Assembly: GCF_009914755.1 (NCBI RefSeq)
Contig: NC_060929.1
Strand: one strand, 5' to 3'
DNA length: 64,000 bases
DNA from: the human T2T-CHM13v2.0 reference genome, Homo sapiens
Below the pieces are notes generated by a model. It saw nothing but the letters and a program-made list of their open reading frames with translations. It was not told the origin of the DNA and did no database searches. Made by a program: the position numbers and the translations under genes. Shown piece by piece: positions 26,826-38,308 of this stretch (its first letter is position 1; each line of letters begins with the position of its first letter).

Positions 26826-27627
26826 TTTGCCTCTTTCTGTTGAAAAGCCAATCCACAGTGTTTTTTACATTTTAGTAATGCTCAGATCCCTTTAAATGGG
26901 GAAAAAAATGTGGGTCCTTGGGAATATGCCAGTGGCCCCCAGTTTGGGGGATCCAGTTATAATGTGCTAATTGTCAAGTTCCTGGTTTGGTGGAAAGATG
27001 GCCCCAGTTCACAGTTATTTGTGAAGTAGGATGCTGAGGCTCTGCCCATCCCAGGGGAGTGGCCCCCTAGAGCTCTACCCTGACAGGCTGTCACCCTTTT
27101 GCACATTCCCTGACATCAGACACTGGTGAGAAGAGGCTGCTTGCTGTCTTACACACCCTCGATACTTAGGGCTTCAAAGCCAAGAAGTGAGTGGGAGGCT
27201 CTGAGCTCCCCGTGGGGGATTGTGGCATCTGGACTTGAGGTGTGTGGGAGGTGCGTGTCACTCTTTACCGCCTCTGAGTGCAGTGCTCTTATAATGAATT
27301 CTGACTGTGGGGACTAACCCACCCCTTTCTCCGGGTGAGCAACTGTCTTTGCTGGATGAGTTATTAAATACTGTTATCACCATTGAATTTGGTAGAAATT
27401 TTGATGCTTTTGGTGAGCTTCACATCTCACCTCTCCTGCTCATGAAGATGGAAATCTCTCTTCTTTTCTCAAAAGCTTCTTCAATGAATAGGAGGCATTC
27501 AGTAGCCATGATTACTTTGAGCTAAACTGAAAATGAGAGGCCCAAAAGTACCTAAATTTCTCATGTTCTAATATATAGCGGCTCTCAACATTGCCTCATT
27601 GCCTGCATAGTCATATCACCTCGAGAG

Positions 27628-27841
27628 TTTTTTTTTTTTTTTTTTTGAGCCAGGTTTCTGCTTCTGCCTCCTGAGTAGATACAACTATAGGTACCAGCCA
27701 CCACACTTGGTTAATTAGTTAATTAATTAATTAATTTGTAGAGATGGGGTTTCACTATATTGCCCAGGCTGGTCTCAAACCCCTGGCCTCAAGTGATCCT
27801 CCTGCCTTGGCCTCCCAAAGTGCTGGGATTACAAGCCACCC
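27628..27841 (-). mobile_element. Old Alu with internal deletion of the right arm
   Basis: Poly-T, shortened right arm, then ctcaagtgatcctcctgccttggcctcccaaagtgctgggattaca. Confidence 0.8.
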
Positions 27842-27858
27842 GGGGAGCTTTTTAAAAG

Positions 27859-28521
27859 TCAAACTAGCAGGAGTCAGCCAAATGGGTAGGAAGATGGGGT
27901 GGGTCCCCGGTGAAACCCCATCTCCAAGCCGAAGAGTTTAAAACCTGAAAGTCAAGCTGTATGTTAAATCCTCAGACTGGATTGAGAACTTGTCCTACCA
28001 TTTGGCACACTTTCCTCTGATTGATCCCCACCCTTCGCTTATTTTACATAAACTTACCTTTTCCTAATTGGTTTTCTACACTGTCATGCCCACCTTTGAG
28101 TGGTGTCTTCCCTTTAACCTTTTTTTGCGTACTAACAAACAAATCGGCAGTCCCCATTCTGAGTCTATAAAAGGCCCCAGACCCAGTCACACAAGGTGTG
28201 GGGAGGGACGGGGAGGGGACAACTTTCCAATCTTGGGGTAGGGGAACCAGTGCCCCACCTCCACCCCCCACCATCCCCCCGCCCCCCCACTGAAAGCCGT
28301 TTTCACTGCTCAAGAAAATTATTCTCCGCCCTCCTCACCCTTCAATGCCCCACGTATCCTCATTCTTCTTGGGTGCGGCACAAGAGATCCGGAACCGCTG
28401 AATATGGGTACAAGCTATAACATAGTTGGTGAGCTGGATGGGCTGAGTGAGACCTGGGCAGGGCGTCACTGGCTGGGGGTCCCCGGCTTGCAAAGCGACT
28501 GAGAAGAAAAATCTTGCATCA
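27859..28521 (+). mobile_element. ERV1-class solo LTR (LTR27/LTR28/MER52-like group) with 4-bp TSD
   Basis: TSD aaag at 27855-27858 and 28522-28525; ends ...gcatCA; TATAAAA at 28166-28172; poly(A)-signal position reads AAGAAA (28312-28317). Confidence 0.75.
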
Positions 28522-28656
28522 AAAGCAGTAATACCTAGGCCCCTGTCCCAAGTATTCTGACTGAATTGGTCTGGGGTGGGTGGGGCACTGCAATGAAAAG
28601 GTGATGATTACCAGGTGATGCTAACTGTCAGCCAGCATGAAGAGCCACAGGTGTTG

Positions 28657-28830
28657 AGCAGGTCTCAAACCTGAGCAGGCACCCCCAGTAACCTGGAGGA
28701 GCTGTTAAAACACGTTTCTGATCATTAGTCTGGACGGTGGGGTCCTGGCGTCCAGTAACTTATTTTTCTAGCAAGTTCCCAGGTGCTGTTGATGCTACCA
28801 ATGTAGAGGCCATGCTCAGAAACCATTGCT
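28657..28830. mobile_element. Second MER5A-type element
   Basis: ggtctcaaacctgagc...acctggaggagctgttaaaacac...ttctagcaagttcccaggtgctg. Confidence 0.65.
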
Positions 28831-28957
28831 CTAATATGACCTGTCTTTTTTTTTCCTTTAGTATTCACTGGAAATAGAGGAATAGCTGGGCTCATTCTCA
28901 GTTCTTTACCTTCTTAATTTAAGAACCCTGTCCAGTCTATAAAATCTAGCATCTTCC

Positions 28958-29336
<379 letters not shown>

Positions 29337-30401
29337 TCATGAATTCATCTTCATGGGATAGAAGGGACATGGAATATGCAAAGATCCAACTTTGAAAATC
29401 CAGACTGTAGAATGTGCTGTTTGCTTTCTACAGGCACCAACTTCTCAAAATTGAACACTTAGATGAAAACTAATAAAAAAGGCCCCCAGAGCAAATGTTC
29501 TGGATTTTTCTCCTGGTTGTTTGGACCTTCTCTGCTGACAAGAGCATAGCCATTTTTACTGGCTTTTAGTTGGCATCATGGAACAACCCATTGATGTTCC
29601 ATGGAACATCCAAGAATAGAGACTATGTCCACCTACTGGAGGCATTGCCCAGGGTAGAACCACGTGTGGAAATTTAGCAATTACAGTGCAGGATGCCAAG
29701 CTTCCATTTGGGGGGCGCTGTGTGTTTGGGGAATGGGACAGGATGCTTGTCTTCAATAGATTGTCATTGTTTGGGTAATTACAGCCCAGAGCAGCAAGCC
29801 AACCTTATTCTTTGAAACCCTGGGTGTCATGGTAGGACTCAGGGGGAGATGTCTGCCTTAGCCTGGCTGTTGATTTTTTTTTAATCATAGTGTTGAATTC
29901 CCTCACCCAGCTTGCTCCTGGTCTCTTAGCATATGAAAGGGACCAGCTCAGGTGAAGGATAAAAGGCCTGACTTCTTCCTCTATTAACTCCTTTTCTCCC
30001 CCCTCACTGAGCAAGTTTAGTTGTCAACTCCAGTTACTTTGAAGGGCGGTTTCACACTGCTTCGTTCTGTGCTTTGCTGGCTGCCGAGTAACTGATAAAA
30101 TTTAATATTGCTCCAGACCCAGAGAGAGTTGGTTTTTCCCCTCTTAAGACAGGGTTTTTGTTTTTATGTTTCATTCCTCAAGAAAAAGGAGAGTCGTTGT
30201 TTGCTACTCTGCTTAGCAGTCTTAAAGTGGGTAAAGATGACTCCTAATTCTCAAGAAGAAAAGGTGTTGGCTGCATCTGAATCGTGGACATAAGGAATTC
30301 TCAGAATCATCTTTTTTTAAAAAAGTATTTGAGTCTATTGGCTAAACCTGGGTGGGGGGCTACCAAGGTACTCTCAGTCATGAATGGTTTAAGGGTTCTG
30401 A

Positions 30402-30723
<322 letters not shown>

Positions 30724-30749
30724 TTAGACATCAGTTGGGAGGCTTTTGC

Positions 30750-31535
30750 TTTTGCTTAGTGCAGTGTCTCTTGCTTGGAATGCTCTTCCAATTTCTCATC
30801 TTTCTCTGCAGGTAGAATCCTAAACTCGTTTGGAGTTCAGCTCAGATAACACTTCCTTTCTGAGATTTTCTCAATTCCATTCCCACTTCCTTCTCCTCCG
30901 CTCTGCCCCCAGGCAGAATTAGGGACTTCCTTGTCTGTGTTTTCAGAACCATGTGTGCACCCTGATATCCCAGCGCCAGTCATTTTGTGTTACTCTCTCC
31001 TGTGTAACAGGAGGCTTTGAGTGTGGAAGCTCAGGGAGCTTCCCTGAGCCACAGGTGTAGAGCAGGTCTCAAACCTGAGCTTCCACACTGACTTCGCAGA
31101 GTTTACGCTTTCAGCTTCAGTCTCTCCCATCCCACTTGAACTGTCTATTCTCTGGTTCCATTAAAATCCTTTCAGTTCCTCACTTGTGCAGCACCCTCTC
31201 ACTTCTCACTGCGGCGGAGTGCCGTTCACACTGCCTGAATGCATCACCTCTGCTCTTAGCCTAGCTAAATCCTACCTTCCCCTCAGAAATCAGGTTAAAT
31301 GTGACTCTCCTGAGAAGCCTTCTCTAATCCTCTTCTCCATGTCTCTTGTGGTCCAAGGAGCAGCTTGTGCTTGCTCCATTGTGGCACCTGTGTTGTCACC
31401 CTCTGTGGACTTTTCTGTCTGCCTGCAGAAACCAGAGTGCTATGAGGAGAGAGATCTTGCTGCTCTACCCCCCGCCCACCCCAGCACAATGCCTGGCTCT
31501 TGAAGCTATCTGAAGGAAGGAATAAATGAATGAAT
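30750..31535 (+). mobile_element. Two L2 3' fragments joined at a complex junction near 31020-31089
   Basis: gcttggaatgctcttcc..cagctcagat and cctgaatgc..ctagctaaatcctac..cccagcacaatgcctggc..gaataaatgaatgaa. Confidence 0.55.
31020..31089. repeat. Complex insertion: 16-bp perfect inverted repeat enclosing a 35-bp copy of 28642-28676
   Basis: agtgtggaagctcagg (31020-31035) / cctgagcttccacact (31074-31089); 31046-31080 matches 28642-28676 at 34/35. Confidence 0.9.
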
Positions 31536-31579
31536 ATGTCTCGCTCCAATTAATGGCAGGGCCTGATTTCTCCCTGGGG

Positions 31580-31673
31580 TCTTGTGCGCTGAGTGCTAGC
31601 AGGGTATTCTTCTTTTTGCCTTCTTTTCTTGTGCGCTGAGTGCTAGCAGGGTATTCTTCTTTTTGCCTTCTTT
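31580..31673. repeat. Perfect 47-bp tandem duplication
   Basis: tcttgtgcgctgagtgctagcagggtattcttctttttgccttcttt occurs twice (31580-31626, 31627-31673). Confidence 0.95.
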
Positions 31674-31787
31674 AGATGTCAGGTGCAGAGGGTTGAATTA
31701 ATCACACTCCTGAGTTCATAACACATCATCTTCATTGGTCTGTGCAAGATCCTCCCCTGTTCTGTGTGTGTATATGCGTGTGCATTT

Positions 31788-32247
31788 TGTCATAAAACAA
31801 AATTGTATCAAATTGATTTTAGTGTTCTAATTGACTCTTACTAGTGATTCATGAGTCAGGCATTCGTATCTAAAAGACAGAAGGAGCTCTCTTGGGCGCA
31901 GCAAAGCAGTTGGTTATTGTAAGGTAGCTTGAGTAGGAAAAAGGAAATGGGATGATACAAAAAGGTGGGTTGGTTAACATCAGGTTACTTCAGGTTACTT
32001 TCCTTGTAAGAGTTAAAGCAGGGGGACTTCCTTATCATGCCAGCTCAAATGACCATGCCCTTTCCAACTGGTTGCTGTGAACCTTCTGTTTTTAAGAAAG
32101 ACTGGTCTCTTTGGGGGATTTTCCTGCTTCCTTAAAGTTCCCATTTTAGTATGTCGCACTTAGCGCAAGCGACTCCATCTTGGTTTGATCTGGGCCTAGT
32201 GCAGGAGCTCAGTCCAAAACAATGGACTCCTATGATTTTATTGAACA
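31788..32247 (-). mobile_element. ERV1 solo LTR (MER31-like) with 4-bp TSD
   Basis: TG..CA ends with attt on both sides; gggcctagtgcaggagctcagtccaaaacaatgg matches the MER31-type 5' end in reverse. Confidence 0.75.
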
Positions 32248-32362
32248 ATTTCTTACCCTTTATCCCCGTCTTCTACTCCCATTCCACATGCCCCCCACCC
32301 CCCATGAATGATTTGTCTAATGCGTTGAATATGCACGTGTGGTTTTGGGTGCATGTATGTTT

Positions 32363-32379
32363 ACACACACACACACAGA

Positions 32380-32432
<53 letters not shown>
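32363..32432. repeat. Compound (AC)n-(TC)n-(AC)n microsatellite
   Basis: Read directly. Confidence 0.95.
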
Positions 32433-32434
<2 letters not shown>

Positions 32435-33479
32435 ATGCCTCTCCTTTGAAGAGGATCAGATATGGACAGCAAAGGGCATTAGCATCTTAGCTGTGTTAGA
32501 ATCCCGATGGGAGGGGAGGGGACTGCGGCATGAGCATGAATCCTCCAGACTAGAGGGCATTCTTGGTGGAGTCCTGCCCCTGACCTGCGTGTGGGAAAGC
32601 AGTCCACCCTGCCTGTCTACGCTTGGGCGCCTTCTTCTGAAGTGCATCCCCTGTGGCCACTCTGAGCTCTGGGTTCTCTGATAAACCTAGGCAGTTTGCC
32701 TGCTGCAGGGTGGAAGGGAGGCTGCCACTGCCTCTTTGCATTACTGTTTAATTCCCAGGAATCAATACCACCCTGCAAGAGCAGCAGGGTTTTCTTCTAA
32801 CCTATCTGCTCCCTCATATTTGAAATAAAAGGCAGGGAGACAAGGCTTGCTGAAATTCTTTTGTCTATGGTGCATGCCAGAGAGCAGCTAATTAAGCCCC
32901 AAACCTGAGGTTGAAATACATGAGATCACTGCACCTTCTGCTGTGACCAAGGCTGCTTTGTTTTCACCCCTTGCTTTTCCTCTGGCTTCCGTGGAGTTAG
33001 AAATGCCCTCCTGAGGCCAATGGCACAACTTCTATGGATGACTGTATACCACACACTTCCCCAGCACCTTCTAACTGGCAGTGTGTGTTCTTATACGACA
33101 CAGTTGTTTGTTTCTGGTGCCAAAGTGGCAAGGTAGATCTTACTATCCCCATTTAACTGGCGAGGAGGCTGAGTCTCAGAGAGGCTAGGTGACATTCCCA
33201 ACTCAACAGCCTCTCAGGCACCACGTTACCTCCCCCCACTCTGCATCTACACATCGCCAGTTAACAGCACTTTCACCTGCACCATTTCCCTGGAGGAGCC
33301 TCTACAGGCTTTAAGTCAGACTGCATCTTGTATCCATTCCACAAATATTTAGAAATTGCCTAACATGTGCTCTATTCTGTATGCTGGGGCTACGGCTGTG
33401 AGCAGAGCAGGGGATAAATTCTAGCTCTGCTGTTATTAGCTGTGGGACATTGAGAAGTCATCTAACTTCCCAACCCCAG

Positions 33480-33992
33480 AATGGGTCCTCAACCCTGGGT
33501 CCATGGCCTGTTAGGAACCAGGCTTCACAGCAGGAGGTGAGCAGCTGGAGAGCGAGTAAAACTTCATCTGTATTTACAGTCACTCCGCATGGCTTGCATT
33601 ACTGCCTGAGCTCCGCCTCCTTCAGATCAGCGACGGCATTAAATTCTCATAGGAACGCGAACCCTATTGTGAACTGCACATGAGAGGAGTCTAGGGTGCA
33701 TGCTCCTTATGAGAATCTAATGCCTAATGATCTGTCACTGTCTCCTATCCCCCTGAGACGGGACTGTCTAGTTGCAGGAATACAAGCTCAGGGCTCCCAC
33801 TGATTCCACATTATGTTGAGTTGTGTAATTATTTCATTATGTATTACAAGGTAATATAATAATAGAAATAAAGTGCACGGTAAATGTAATGCACTTGAAT
33901 TATCCAAAAACCACCTGCCCCACCATCCGTTTTGTGAAAAAATTGTCTTCCATGAAACTGGTCCCTGGTGCCAAAAAGGCTAGGGATGGCTG
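33480..33992 (+). mobile_element. MER1A (hAT-Charlie DNA transposon)
   Basis: ggcctgttaggaacc..cagcaggaggtgagc..gctccttatgagaatctaatgcct..aaattgtcttccatgaaactggtccctggtgccaaaaagg. Confidence 0.88.
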
Positions 33993-34521
33993 CTCTAACC
34001 TGTCTGTATGATGAGGATACTCTTTTCCCAGGTGTGTCAGAATTACAGTAAACAAGAACACCTGTGAAAACATCCAGCCTTATGCCTGGCAAATAATCTG
34101 CACTCTATGCACGTGGCTTTCCTTCTTCCCTCACTGTTCCGATTCACTCATATGCTCTTTCTGCTGTTCCAGGCTGCTTCTAAAACATCCCTATAATTCT
34201 TTTAAGGACAGTACAGGGTAAAGTGGCTTCCTGGGAGAATGCAAGGCAGGCACTGAGCCTGGAGAGAACTCTGTAGCCCCATTAGTATTGAGGGCAACCC
34301 CCAAGCCAGCCCTGGTGGCAGCCAGATGGTTTGGAGCCCTCGCAGTCTCCACAGAAGGCTTGCCGGGAAGCGGCAGATGCTGCTGCTGGAGGCAGGCCTT
34401 CCCTGCAGGGCATCTGGACCTCATAGGAATTCCTGGAGCGACTGGAGAAAGGTGTCTTCCTGTCCTTTCAGGGGCTCCTGCGGGGAATTCCAGAACTTCA
34501 GGGCTCCTGATCACCACTGTA

Positions 34522-34921
34522 CAGGGCAGTGAGCTGGAGCTGGCTCTTTCCAGCTCACAAGAACCGAGTATTAAATGTTTAGGAATTTTGTGAGGCAATT
34601 GTTAAATAACCGTTATCATCAAAAATTGTTATAAATCTATAATTAAATAAACTATATTAAAATCTAAGGTAATAAGATCTCAAAACTCAAAAACTTCCCG
34701 ATGAGCTGGCTCCATTTTATTTTTATCTACCCTCTTGAGGTTATTTACATCTATTGTGTCTGTGTGGTGGAAATACTGTCTCCAGCTCTGCTGCTGTGCC
34801 TTGAAATCAACCAGAAAGGGGGTGTTAATGCCACAGAAATTGGAAAACGTTGCATATATCCAGGACTTTATTTTTTTCTTTCTGGAAAAACAATGGACAA
34901 ACATCTACCAGCACACCCCTG
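34522..34921 (+). mobile_element. MER63B-like hAT DNA transposon
   Basis: gctggagctggctc..aggaattttgtgag..ctcttgaggttatttacatctattgt..aaacatctaccagcacacccctg. Confidence 0.7.
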
Positions 34922-35384
34922 CCAGGGACTCAAAACAATGGCCCCAAACAAGAAAAATCCAGAGACCCAAGGGAGATGCCTGTGCAATTCTCTTCCCCTA
35001 GTGGACCCTAAATCTGCCACCCTTTAAGGGTTCTCAAGGGACTTGGCAAAGCCAGTATGCTCCAGGGATGTAGTGTTTTTAAGAAAAACTAAACACCCAA
35101 CATAGACCAAGGAGGGGAGATATGTTTCATTTCTCATGATAGTTCTCATTGATCTGCTGTGGCTTCTTTCCTAATAGCATTGAGAATGTCGAGGTCTCCT
35201 GCAGGGCAGTGAGAAAGACAGCCTTGGTTCCTGCAGTAGGTGAGGGGTGGGGACAATGAGTTGGGTACCATGGATTTGCTATGCTTAAACTAGATGGCCA
35301 ATCCCAAAATGTGGGGAAGGTCACTGTGACAGGGAGATTGTCGTCTTTCACCTGGTAGGTTTTGGCCTTAAGTAGGACATAAAA

Positions 35385-36100
35385 ATTAGGAAAAGTTGAT
35401 TTTTGATTTGACAAACACCACCAGATTTATTGTTACAAGGAAGAACCATCGATGGTTACTAAAAGTCATGGACAAAAATCTGATAGGAAACAGGATATTT
35501 GCATAATCTCAAAGTGTCTTCCCAAAGTATCCACTGATTAATGGCACAGGGAAAGCAGTAGCTTTACAGTGGAGACAACTGATAGACCTTATCCTAACCA
35601 AATGAGCAAAGGGAAACCACCAGCAGGGAAACATACTGACGTCATGTGCCTCCTGACACGATGCACTGAGAAGGACTCTACATCTCTTCTATGGGAATCT
35701 TACCAAAAATGTACAGCCTCGATCTGATGATGAGAAGACATTAGACAAACCCTAACTGAGGATTGAAAAATACCAGTCTAGTCCTCTTCAACAGTTAAGG
35801 TCATGAAAGACTGTGGCACTCTCACAGATTTGGAAATGTGACAACTGGATTCAATGTGGGATCCTGAATTGAATCATGGACGAGAAAATGGATGTTAGAA
35901 GGAAAACTGGCAAAATTAGAATAAAGGTTACAGTGTAGTTAATAGCATTGGACCAATGTGAATTTCCTGGTTTGATTATTCTACTCTGGTAATGTAAGAG
36001 GTTAACATTAACCAGTGCTGGGTGAAGGGTGCATAGGAACTCTCTGTACCATCTATGCAACTCGCTAGGAATTCAACATTATTTCAAAATTTAAAATGTT
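35385..36100 (+). mobile_element. L1MC4/5-type 3' region
   Basis: ggaaacaggatatttgcataatctcaaagt..ctttacagtggaga..catgtgcctcctgacacgatgcactgagaagga..ggaactctctgtac. Confidence 0.7.
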
Positions 36101-36901
36101 TTTAAGAAGCTTATTTTTGAAGTATTTAAGGGATGATTACTCACTTATGAAGAATGAGGGTTGAAGGTGAACAGTTCTGTCAAGTATACTTATTTCTATG
36201 TGAAGGGAAATTACACATAGAAATTAGTGTAAAAACCTGATAGATACAGGTTTTTCTGATTTATGAGTTAAGACAAAAAAATCCAGAAAGGACTAGCCTT
36301 ACTAGAAGGTTCCATTTGCAAAATTCCTAACTGTCTCAACCAATCAGAAGGCCAATGTAACCTCCTACCAAATGAATAATTAGGTAATTGCATGACTAAA
36401 CCAACATTTAGCATGCCATAACCCAGGACTAGGCTCTGGGGAGGTGGAACATGGAGGAGCATAGGAGCCTGTCCTGTTCTCAGGGACCTTGCAGCCTATA
36501 GTATTTCACGTGGGCTATTTGACATCCCTAGCCATGTGGTAAGTCCTAGGCCAGGGTATAGGACTTGAGTGTCACCTGATCTTTGCCTGGCGGGCATGGA
36601 AAATGGTTGGTTTGGCATTGCTTAGGGATGGTCTTTGGGTTGTGTATTCTTGGGGAATCCATCTGGAAAATAAGAAGACAGCTTTTGCTCACAGTTGACT
36701 AGACCTCCCCCTAGTAAAGTTAATGATCCACCAGGTTCTGTTCCATCAGCATCAGCTAGAAATACTTCTTAAGGTATTCTTTAATATTGCATTATCTGCC
36801 ATTACCAAAGTTTAAAGAAGTTTGCCTACAGCCAAATGCACGATGGCCTCACACACTCCCTCCTTCCTATCCTCAATCTCATACCCTTCTTCACTGCCTC
36901 T

Positions 36902-37183
36902 CAGAGCCAGGATGAGGTGAGGCATGGCCTGGGAGGAAGGGCAGAATGTAATGGGGCACCAAAAATTCAGTAATCAAATCAAATAATACTTTCACATGAC
37001 ATTTTAAAAACTCAGTATTTTGTTATTTTGTTTACCATGAGTTTTTGCATTAATTTTTTAAACAAAAAAATTGCATTAAGTGTTAATTTTCTTGATTACT
37101 GAGTTTTTTGGGACCCCCTTCAATTTTGCCCCCTAGGTTAGTGTCTAACTTGTATCACTCCTTCCCCCTAGTCCTGGCCCCTG
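36902..37183. mobile_element. MER96B-like palindromic hAT MITE
   Basis: Ends cagagccagga.. / ..ctagtcctggcccctg; inverted arms ccaaaaattcagtaatcaa / ttgattactgagttttttgg. Confidence 0.7.
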
Positions 37184-38090
37184 CACAGTCCTCTTATCAA
37201 CACTGGCTGCCTGCAGTAACAAAGCTGGGCTCTGACCCATAAATGGCGTGGCGGCTTGGAGGAATGGAGAAGGTACCCTTCTATTCACCCTCCAAGACTG
37301 TAGAGGGGCTGCGGAAGATTTCTGTCTGCTGGGAACCCTTGCATAAAAGCACTAGTTGAAAGGAACAGCCATTTACACTCTAAACCTTCACTGGGGCAGC
37401 CACTTGGTTTCCAAAAAGCATTTCTTGCATAGTGTTTGAATTAAATCTCCCCTTCGAAGTTGGGAGACATGAGTTAAAAGCCCTCTCAGCAGCAGATAAA
37501 TATAGCTATGTTTGGTCCAGGTTACAGTTGCTGAGGGAACTATAACTTTGATTTGCTCTCCTGGTATAAATGTAAATCCTTAAGTGAAATGAGTTAAGTG
37601 AGGGAGGAGGCGCCCTGTTTTTAAGGATGCATTTGATCAGCAGCTGTCTGTGGTGCCTCACCTGCCATGTACAATCTGAGGGGCAGCAGCCAAAGACTGC
37701 AGCAAGGAAGCTTCCAGCAAATGATCTAAGAGTTCTAGAATGGACATTTTCTCAGGGAGGTTTTCAGATCAGTTTTGTCTTAGAGATAAACACAATTGGT
37801 TTAACAGTCTGGGTTGGAAAATAAAGTTTAATTTCAGCACAGTTTCTGCAAGCAACCTAGCATGCTAAAGTCATCTTTGCCCTCTATTTATTACCTTGCC
37901 TTTGGCCTGAAATCCAAACTCAGCTTAATTTTCCTCTCCAACCACATTTCCAACTGTTTTCTGCCTGCAGTTTACATTCTAGCACAGCCAGACTCTCACT
38001 CTCCCACCAAACCTTCATGCTCTTTCTTCTTTCTTTGTCATTTACCCTATTCCTTCACTCTGGAAGGGATTCTTTTTTCCCTCCTTTTCT

Positions 38091-38308
38091 TTTTTTTAAT
38101 TTTTAATTTTTGTAGGTACATAGTAGGTGTATGTATTTATGGGGTACGTGAGATGTTTTGATACAGGCATGGACTGCGTAATCACAGCATGGAAAATGGG
38201 GTATCCATGTCCTCAAGCAACCATCCTTTGTGTTACAGTCAATGCGGTTATATTCTTTTAGTTATGTTAAATGTGACAATTAAATTATTGACTATAGTCA
38301 CCCTGTTT
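38091..38308 (-). mobile_element. L1MA2-like 3' end fragment
   Basis: ttttgtaggtacatagtaggtgtatgtatttatggggtacgtgagatgttttgatacaggcatg. Confidence 0.8.

Larger units (their letters stand above)
27577..28650. mobile_element. MER5-type hAT element split by an Alu and an ERV1 LTR
   Basis: Pieces agcggctctcaaca..atcacct | ggagctttttaaaag | atacctaggcccc..attctgactgaattggtctggggtgg reassemble into a MER5 consensus. Confidence 0.65.

Noticed and set aside
32151-32681. 176-aa ORF
   Set aside because: Runs through an LTR end and a CA/CT microsatellite; no protein-like signal.
34191-34598. GC-richer patch with ORFs and a GGGGAATTCC NF-kB-like site (34482-34491)
   Set aside because: A single short motif and unrecognisable ORFs; not enough to call a feature.
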